From: Flavobacteriaceae bacterium
GTDB taxonomy: Bacteria > Bacteroidota > Bacteroidia > Flavobacteriales > Flavobacteriaceae
Assembly (NCBI GenBank): GCA_965250265.1
Contig: CBDFNO010000012.1
Coordinates: forward strand, 456,582-520,581
DNA length: 64,000 bases
Reading direction: 5' to 3'
Shown: one piece after another, positions 42,441 through 48,830 of the stretch
Layout of the letters: the number at the start of each line of letters is the position of its first letter
Numbering within the stretch: the stretch's first letter is position 1
The notes under the pieces: model-generated
The model's database searches: none
Told to the model about the DNA's origin: nothing
What the model saw: the letters and a program-made list of their open reading frames with translations, nothing else
Made by a program: the position numbers and the translations under genes

Positions 42441-44643
42441 TTAAAATTACATTGTTTAATTCTAGCCAATAATCACTGTAAAAGTTTGAAGTTTCCAATA
42501 ATTGACTATGAGTGCCATAAACTTTAGTTTTACCTTGTTCTATAATATAAATTTTATCTGCAATATATCTTAATGAATGAAGTCTATGAGAGATAAAAAT
42601 AATACTCAATTCACTCTTAAACTTGTTAAGCAGTTGTAATACAGATAGTTCTGTCTTTCTGTCCATGGCAGAGGTGAATTCATCTAACAGCAGCAATTTA
42701 GGTTTTTTATAGAGCACACGTATTAAGGCTATAATTTGTTTTTGTCCACCCGATAAATTAATGCCTTCCTCGCCTAAAAGTGTTGCATACCCTTGAGGCA
42801 ATTCTTTAATAAAAATATCGAAACCATAATCTTCACAAAACTTCACAATATGTTCAGGTGCATCTTCCTTTCCCAATAAAATATTATCTATTATGTTACC
42901 ACTAAAAATAATAATATCTTGAGGAATTACTCCTATTAAATCTCTCCAATATACTGTTGAAATTTCTTTTAGATTGTATTTGCTATTAATAATTATAGCT
43001 CCTTCTTCAAAAGGATAAAACTTTTGCAATACTTGTCCTAATGTACTTTTGCCGCAACCACTTTCTCCCACAATAGCAATACATTCATTTTGTTGAATAG
43101 ATAAATTAATGTTTTTTAAAAGCTGACTTCTTCCTGCAAAACGAAAAGACAAATTTTTAATTTCTAAAGAATTAAAAACGCTAAGATTTTTTGTGCCTTG
43201 TTGCTCTTTTTCAATTGAAGTAAATTCATACATTCTGTTAAAAGCAACTTTTGCTTCATTTATTGGTATAGTAATTAAAGCTAAACTTGCAACAGACGGT
43301 AATAAAGAGCCTGCAATTCCTAGAATTGCCATAAGCTCTCCTAATAACATAGCTTCATTATATACTTGTACGGAAGTAAACAACAAAATACCAATTAAGA
43401 ACAGCACACTAAATACGCCCGAAAACACAGATAGCCTTACATTTATTTTTCCTAAAATAAAAGCTTTTGTTTGATAATTACCATAAATAATCTGATTCAG
43501 TTTTTGAAAGACAGATTGTCTATTATTGTTTTTTATGGTTGCAATGCCTTGCATTGAGCTTATATAATTACTCTCGCTAAAAGCATAGCCTTGCATAACT
43601 TCTTTTTGGGCAGTAATAATACCCTTGTTAAAACTATAAATTAGTATAAAATAAAAAGGTAAACTAATAAAAGCAATTAAGCCCGTTTGCCAGGAATAAT
43701 AAAACAAAAAACCTAAAGAAACTATAGTAACTAAAGCATTAATAATAACGTTACTGGCTACCATAGAAATAACACGTTGTACACGCTGTGTATCGTTTAG
43801 TCTTGCTACCAACTCCCCTATTTTACGAGTATCAAAAAATGGTTTTGGTAAGTGTAGTAACGATGTATAAAAACTATCAATAATCCTGTTGTTAAAATCT
43901 TTGGTTTGGTGTATTAAAAAATAATTTCTTATGGCTGTAAAAAACACTCTTACCAACAATAAAAAAGCAACTAATATAATTCCTGTCAAGAGTTTTGTAA
44001 TGTCTTTTGACGGCAAAATATCATCAATTAATTTTTGAGAAAAAACTGCCATAGCCATTCCTAAAACTGCAATACCAATACCTAACAAAATGCTAAACCT
44101 AAGTAGTTTATAATCGTCTTTTAGAATACTTAAAAACCATTGCTTTTTATTCGATTTTAGAGTTTCTGTTTTTTCAAAACTATGATTTGGAGTAAGGGTT
44201 AAGCAGGTTTTAGATTTCCATACAGTTTCCAACTCCTCTTTGGTATAATATACAATACCTTTTGCAGGATCTCCAATTATAAATTTGTCGTTTTCAAAAC
44301 CATAGCACACTAAATAGTGCTGTAATTGCTCTTCAATAATAACGTGAAGTATTAGAGGCTCTGCATTGTCAATTACTGCCTGTATATTGGCTTCGTTCCC
44401 TTGTGAATTAAACCCTAGATTATTTGCTGCTTGGTACAAACCTAATAGGGTTGTTCCTTGCCTTGTTGTACCACTTAATTCGCGTAGCTTTTCTAAAGTG
44501 CTAGTGCCTTGATAATAGTTTATTATAGATAATAAACAGGCTACACCACAATCGCTTTGATCGTGCTGTAATACTAGCGTTTTTGATAATCGTTTTAGAT
44601 TGTATTGGGGTTTTGTTTGGAGCTTCATGATTATCAGATTCAT
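42424..44643 (-). CDS. Peptidase-C39 ABC transporter (double-glycine leader cleavage and export)
   Basis: 739 aa. The N-terminal C39 domain has QHDQSDCGVACL (catalytic Cys), LQHYLVCYG (His) and IGDPAKG. Then come six TM helices and an NBD (GESGCGKST, LSGGQKQ, LLLLDE). Confidence 0.9.
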   Translation of the reverse strand: MNLIIMKLQTKPQYNLKRLSKTLVLQHDQSDCGVACLLSIINYYQGTSTLEKLRELSGTTRQGTTLLGLYQAANNLGFNSQGNEANIQAVIDNAEPLILHVIIEEQLQHYLVCYGFENDKFIIGDPAKGIVYYTKEELETVWKSKTCLTLTPNHSFEKTETLKSNKKQWFLSILKDDYKLLRFSILLGIGIAVLGMAMAVFSQKLIDDILPSKDITKLLTGIILVAFLLLVRVFFTAIRNYFLIHQTKDFNNRIIDSFYTSLLHLPKPFFDTRKIGELVARLNDTQRVQRVISMVASNVIINALVTIVSLGFLFYYSWQTGLIAFISLPFYFILIYSFNKGIITAQKEVMQGYAFSESNYISSMQGIATIKNNNRQSVFQKLNQIIYGNYQTKAFILGKINVRLSVFSGVFSVLFLIGILLFTSVQVYNEAMLLGELMAILGIAGSLLPSVASLALITIPINEAKVAFNRMYEFTSIEKEQQGTKNLSVFNSLEIKNLSFRFAGRSQLLKNINLSIQQNECIAIVGESGCGKSTLGQVLQKFYPFEEGAIIINSKYNLKEISTVYWRDLIGVIPQDIIIFSGNIIDNILLGKEDAPEHIVKFCEDYGFDIFIKELPQGYATLLGEEGINLSGGQKQIIALIRVLYKKPKLLLLDEFTSAMDRKTELSVLQLLNKFKSELSIIFISHRLHSLRYIADKIYIIEQGKTKVYGTHSQLLETSNFYSDYWLELNNVILTKNNL

Positions 44644-45182
44644 TCCCGATATTTATCGGGATTAGCAGGAATTAATGCTTTTAAAATAGCTTTGGGCCTT
44701 AGTTGCCCCTTGTGTTTTTTAACTAACTCTTGCTTTTTGTTGTAAATCAAAATGTAAGGAATAGAGTTAGCATCAAATCGATTAGAAAAAGTATGAGTGC
44801 TATCATATAAAAAAGTTATGTTTTGTTGGGTTAATAAATTATAAGTTTTTGCAAAGGCCCTTATTGTTTCAATAGGCTCTGTAGACACAAAAAGGAGTCG
44901 TACATGAATAAATTGGGCTAAATTATCACCAATGCTTTGAGCTTCATGTTGGCAAAAATCACACTCCGTATTAAAATAGATAAATACAGTTGGAGTGTTT
45001 GTTACTAATTCTGCATTTGTAAATATTGTATTATCTAATGTTTTAAAGCTAAAGTTAGGAATTGATTGTAAGGTTTTTGATACCTCGCTTTTATATTGCA
45101 TTTTTGTTACAACACTATATCCTAAATATCCTAAAAGTGACAATGCAAGTATTGGTATAATTATTTTAAGTATTTTTTTCAT
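44640..45182 (-). CDS. Membrane-anchored TlpA/ResA-like thioredoxin-fold protein
   Basis: 180 aa with an N-terminal anchor and a thioredoxin fold. The active site is FNTECDFCQ (CxxC = CDFC). Its stop overlaps the ABC start in an ATGA. Confidence 0.8.
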   Translation of the reverse strand: MKKILKIIIPILALSLLGYLGYSVVTKMQYKSEVSKTLQSIPNFSFKTLDNTIFTNAELVTNTPTVFIYFNTECDFCQHEAQSIGDNLAQFIHVRLLFVSTEPIETIRAFAKTYNLLTQQNITFLYDSTHTFSNRFDANSIPYILIYNKKQELVKKHKGQLRPKAILKALIPANPDKYRE

Positions 45183-45257
45183 ACTAAAAGGTCTATATTC
45201 TAATGTCTAACAGCTACTTGTGCTGAGCTTGTTTCAGTAAGCGGTCTTTTTATCTTT

Positions 45258-45923
45258 TTAAGACATATTAAGTGTTAAAAACATAATTGCAATCACCCAA
45301 ATAAGTAAACCAACACCATAACTACTACCGACTATTATAAATCCTTTTTTAGTAGTGGATTTGATTTCTTTACCAATTAAGTATGCCAAAATAACCCAAT
45401 AGGCTAACTCAAATAAATTAAGTACTTGTAATGGATACACAAACCAGGGCTTTAAATCTTGATAGCCTGTTATATTAATTGCAGAGAACGGATAAAAATA
45501 TTGTAAATCCTCTAGCGTGTAATCTTGATGAAAAATATAAAACCAAAGGGTTTTAAATATAATGACCAGTAAAAACACAAACTCGGCTTTTACAACACTA
45601 TTAAAGAGTGTTTTGTATTTTATTTCTTTATTAAAAAAGAAACAACCTACATCTATAATGGCTGCTATAATGCTTATTTTCAATAGTAACAATAATGGTA
45701 TAGCAATATAACCCAACCATTGCCATTTTTTTTTAAGATTTAGAGCTTCAAGTATTTGCTCTTGTGTGAATTGTTCAGATAAAGAAGAAGCATAAAGGTC
45801 TTCAGTATTTAATATTTCCTTACTTATGTAACCAAATAACATATAGGAAATAAATAATAACAGGAATAAATATTTTCTTTTTAAAAACATAAAGCTGAAT
45901 AGTGTAACAAGAAATATTAGCAT
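45258..45923 (-). CDS. Polytopic membrane protein (about 5 TM, Yip1-like topology); candidate immunity or accessory protein
   Basis: 221 aa and strongly hydrophobic, lying between the toxin and export genes. The family assignment is uncertain. Confidence 0.55.
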   Translation of the reverse strand: MLIFLVTLFSFMFLKRKYLFLLLFISYMLFGYISKEILNTEDLYASSLSEQFTQEQILEALNLKKKWQWLGYIAIPLLLLLKISIIAAIIDVGCFFFNKEIKYKTLFNSVVKAEFVFLLVIIFKTLWFYIFHQDYTLEDLQYFYPFSAINITGYQDLKPWFVYPLQVLNLFELAYWVILAYLIGKEIKSTTKKGFIIVGSSYGVGLLIWVIAIMFLTLNMS

Positions 45924-45959
45924 TAAAAAAGGCTGAAAAAATTAGAATTAATCAGCCTT
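45924..45959 (-). terminator. Intra-locus hairpin plus U-tract
   Basis: On the minus strand, AAGGCTGA-(15 nt)-TCAGCCTT is followed by TTTTA and runs directly into the ATG at 45923. Confidence 0.5.
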
Positions 45960-46024
45960 AATTCAGGATATTTATTTCTCTTACTTTAATAGTTAAGATA
46001 AATTCTTAAAAATTACTTCAAGTA

Positions 46025-46441
46025 TTAATTACTGCATTTACTTAACCTTAAATAATTTTTCCTACCAAAAGTCTGCCAATAAACAATAATTAACATAGGT
46101 ATTATCAAAGCCAACCCTAAATAGTTTGAAATAAGATCAAACATTTTTAAAACCAGTCCTCCAAAAAAGCAGGCATAAATAAATATAAGCAATCCATTTT
46201 GTATTTGACTGGTTACCCTTATTTTGGTTGAACCATCTAATGTAGATTTATCAAGATTTATAATGTTTGAACTATTATTGTTTACCTTAATAAATAACTT
46301 TGAAGAATTACTATCAACTTGGAGATTCTTTATTTTTTCATTTGGTTCTATATAATCGATAAATTTATCATTAACAAAAACTTTTAAAGGTCTAACCTTA
46401 ATTAAATAATTATTCTCTCTTATTATTGTTATTGTTGCCAT
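46025..46441 (-). CDS. 138-aa protein with a beta-rich N-domain and two C-terminal TM helices; candidate immunity or accessory protein
   Basis: It starts 21 nt downstream of the peptide precursor. The C-terminal part LLIFIYACFFGGLVL...LALIIPMLIIVYW is hydrophobic. Confidence 0.55.
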   Translation of the reverse strand: MATITIIRENNYLIKVRPLKVFVNDKFIDYIEPNEKIKNLQVDSNSSKLFIKVNNNSSNIINLDKSTLDGSTKIRVTSQIQNGLLIFIYACFFGGLVLKMFDLISNYLGLALIIPMLIIVYWQTFGRKNYLRLSKCSN

Positions 46442-46462
46442 TTTCTTTTGATTACAAAGTTA

Positions 46463-46645
46463 TTACTCACAAGCTAAACTTACCCCGAAGCCAACTGCCC
46501 CAACTACAACTGCAATTCCTGCCCCAAATCCAGACCACCAAGAAGCAAATCCGATTACTACTGCTGCACCGCTAATACCATCAGCCAATTCTTGACATGT
46601 TCCACCATTGACTAATTCCATTTGGTTTAATTCTAATGTTTTCAT
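46463..46645 (-). CDS. Double-glycine-leader peptide toxin (bacteriocin-like) precursor
   Basis: MKTLELNQMELVNGG|TCQELADGISGAAVVIGFASWWSGFGAGIAVVVGAVGFGVSLACE. The leader fits the GG-leader pattern (L-12, M-7, V-4, GG). It is co-oriented with a C39 ABC exporter. Confidence 0.8.
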   Translation of the reverse strand: MKTLELNQMELVNGGTCQELADGISGAAVVIGFASWWSGFGAGIAVVVGAVGFGVSLACE

Positions 46646-46822
46646 AAAAATATAAATTTTAAATAAAGATACCTACTCATTCGCTTTTCGGTTTCCGCGG
46701 CTTATTTTTAGTGTATTAAGCATCACACTTTTAAAACAAACAGTTATATACTCTTTATTTAAAATATTTAGTATCTTTGAATAAAGAATAAACACCTGTT
46801 TATTTTTTTAAAAACTTGCATC

Positions 46823-46856
46823 GAAAGCTTCTGCTATTGTAGAGGCTTTCTTTTTT
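46823..46856 (+). terminator. Plus-strand hairpin plus T6 with no upstream plus-strand gene
   Basis: GAAAGCTTCT-gctattgt-AGAGGCTTTC (10 bp including one G-U pair), followed by TTTTTT. The reverse strand has no U-tract. Confidence 0.45.
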
Positions 46857-46921
46857 ATATTCTACTAATATTTTTTAAATTTATTTATTTTTTATACTTT
46901 TATAGAATATTTACAACAATA

Positions 46922-46941
46922 ATATAGAATATTTTCTATAT
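46922..46941. promoter_or_regulatory. Palindromic candidate operator ATATAGAA-tatt-TTCTATAT
   Basis: Perfect 8-bp inverted arms, 25 nt upstream of the HTH gene ATG, in the divergent spacer shared with the toxin gene. A half-site TATAGAATAT lies at 46901-46910. Confidence 0.45.
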
Positions 46942-46965
46942 AAACAAGTTTAATAAAAACTATTT

Positions 46966-47322
46966 ATGAACAAAGCTATACATAGAATACTTGACCTTAT
47001 TGCTCATTTGGATGTTAGTGCCAGGCAGTTTGACCTATCAATTGGGACTGCAAACGGTTATACGTTGCGCATGCATAAAAACAATGCATCTGTTGGAAGT
47101 GATGTCATTGAGCGCATTGTAAAAACTTACCCTCAAATAAATTTAGTATGGCTTATTACAGGCAAAGGAGAAATGTTTATTAAATCTACAAAGCCAAAAA
47201 CTATTGACAATGTTAATATTGAATCCTTTATAAACGAGCAACTTAATAAAAAGTGGAGCGAGGAAAAAAAGGAGTTGCTTGATGAGATTATGAAAGAAAT
47301 AAACTTGCAATTAAAAAAATAG
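46966..47322 (+). CDS. cI/XRE-type helix-turn-helix regulator
   Basis: 118 aa with an N-terminal HTH (SARQFDLSIGTANGYTLRM) and the block YPQINLVWLITGKGEMF, typical of the phage-cI-like HTH proteins common in Bacteroidota. Confidence 0.7.
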   Translation: MNKAIHRILDLIAHLDVSARQFDLSIGTANGYTLRMHKNNASVGSDVIERIVKTYPQINLVWLITGKGEMFIKSTKPKTIDNVNIESFINEQLNKKWSEEKKELLDEIMKEINLQLKK

Positions 47323-47332
47323 TTCTCGATAC

Positions 47333-47349
47333 GTTTCGCCTTGCGAAAC
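47333..47349. terminator. GC-rich hairpin between convergent genes
   Basis: GTTTCGC-ctt-GCGAAAC, a perfect 7-bp stem with no clear U-tract. Confidence 0.3.
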
Positions 47350-47416
47350 ACTCGAACCGACAATAGAATAGAAATCTACCACACAGAGGTCAAGTCATAG
47401 AAATCGACACTGACGA

Positions 47417-48031
47417 CTAAACTTCTATCAACTTTTTCCTTAAAACAATAAGTTGCTTTAAATATTCCTCTTTATCCAAAACACTTTTGTTATCTCGTAG
47501 CCCGTTTAATTCCTTTCTTATAATCTTATAATCTTCTGTCTTAAAGTTAGAAAACTCATTCATTAAACTATTTATTTCATCATTGAGTTCATTATTTAAA
47601 CTTTTAGATAAACTATAATAGTTAAGTTTTTTAGAAAGGAATACTAAAAATAGTATTAGAGGAATAGTTAGAGGTAAACTATAAACAAATTCAAACTCAT
47701 CAACATAGCGTAGATCATCATTTAGTATTGATAAAAACTTATAACACTCAATTATAATAGGTACAATTATTGCAAAACGCCACCAGTGTTTACAAGTTAC
47801 AAACCAGATCAATAAAATTAATAAGGTTAATAATTTGTTGGCTAAGGTCCAAAAAAACACATCAATACCTTCATAATAATTTGAGTCAATCCTAAAAATA
47901 AGAGTCTCCCATACTTTCGTTTCCGGAGCTAACCTATAGAGATAGAATAAGAATGGAAGCGCTACAATAATTGTAGCTATTATAATATCTTTTAAGAATA
48001 TTTTTCTTTGTAAAATAACGACGGTTTTCAT
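47417..48031 (-). CDS. 4-TM membrane protein of unknown family (copy 2, inverted relative to copy 1)
   Basis: It is roughly one-third identical by eye to 41901-42440 across all four helices (PFLFYL, PETKVW, LIWFVTCKHWW). The ATG at 48031 is preferred over the TTG at 48058. Confidence 0.65.
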   Translation of the reverse strand: MKTVVILQRKIFLKDIIIATIIVALPFLFYLYRLAPETKVWETLIFRIDSNYYEGIDVFFWTLANKLLTLLILLIWFVTCKHWWRFAIIVPIIIECYKFLSILNDDLRYVDEFEFVYSLPLTIPLILFLVFLSKKLNYYSLSKSLNNELNDEINSLMNEFSNFKTEDYKIIRKELNGLRDNKSVLDKEEYLKQLIVLRKKLIEV

Positions 48032-48510
48032 GAGCTTAAATTTATTTTTAAATGTCAAATTTATACCAGCAGGCCGGCATAATTATTCACAGATCTTAAT
48101 TGTATAGGAAGGAGATTGTCAATTAAGGTTTTATATAGCTGCTATTTTAGTAAATTTTATTAAGCCCATTTAGTAATAGACTTAAAATAACAGTAATATT
48201 ACAAAAAATATAGAATATAATCTATAATAATGTTTTGAAATTCCACTGCCAGGAATATTCTTAAGTTGTTTTATTTAGGTAATATCCAAAGAATTACATT
48301 TTTATGCATTTCCCATTGTGGTTTTACCACATATTTTTTGTCTACTCGTAAAATACATTTAAGATTTGTATATATTTTATTTTTAAACCAGAAGCAGTAT
48401 AATTATCCATGATAAAAAGGAATATCAGTGTACTTATTATTGAAGATTGTAGCAACATTGCTGATGCTTACAAATATATTTTAGACGGCATCTCTAACAC
48501 TAAATTTAAT

Positions 48511-48542
48511 ATTTGTTTTGCACTAAATTTGTTTTACACTAA
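48511..48542 (+). repeat. 16-bp tandem duplication (ATTTGTTTTGCACTAA / ATTTGTTTTACACTAA)
   Basis: Two adjacent copies differ at one base. Removing either copy restores the REC reading frame. Confidence 0.9.
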
Positions 48543-48682
48543 ACTGTGACGAGACCATATATCATTTAAAACGTAAAAATAACCAATTAGTGCTGTTGGA
48601 TTTACAACTTTCGGTATCTAAAGACGAACGTTATCTTAGTGGAGACGATTTAGGACTTTTAATAAGACAAGCGTACAAAAGA

Positions 48683-48781
48683 GCGAAAATGTTTAATAAA
48701 ATAAACACTGTAGACAAAACCATGGAAGAACTCGAAGAGGAGTTTACAATTAAGCCTCGTTCGTTTAGGGATTATTTTTAG
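48683..48781 (+). repeat. Right copy of the 99-nt imperfect direct repeat
   Basis: 79 of 99 nt are identical to 42342-42440. Many of the differences fall at third codon positions. Confidence 0.85.
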
Positions 48782-48830
48782 TTATTATTTCAAATTTATT
48801 TGTAATTTGGGTTTTCAATAATTCCTTATT

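Larger units (their letters stand above)
48409..48781 (+). pseudogene. Truncated, frameshifted response-regulator receiver domain fused to the 3' remnant of a third 4-TM gene copy
   Basis: MIKRNISVLIIEDCSNIADAYKYILDGISNTKFNICFALN, then a frameshift, then CDETIYHLKRKNNQLVLLDLQLS...SGDDLGLLIRQAYKR (REC motifs). This is followed by AKMFNKINTVDKTMEELEEEFTIKPRSFRDYF, homologous to the tail of 41901-42440. No output domain follows. Confidence 0.65.

Noticed and set aside
47326-47416. GC-richer intergenic snippets that look vaguely alike (also at 53340-53378, 55741-55792 and 57190-57235)
   Set aside because: They share only short strings such as CGATAC..TTCG. I could not align them convincingly by eye. 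A dispersed repeat family would need a genome-wide search to support it.
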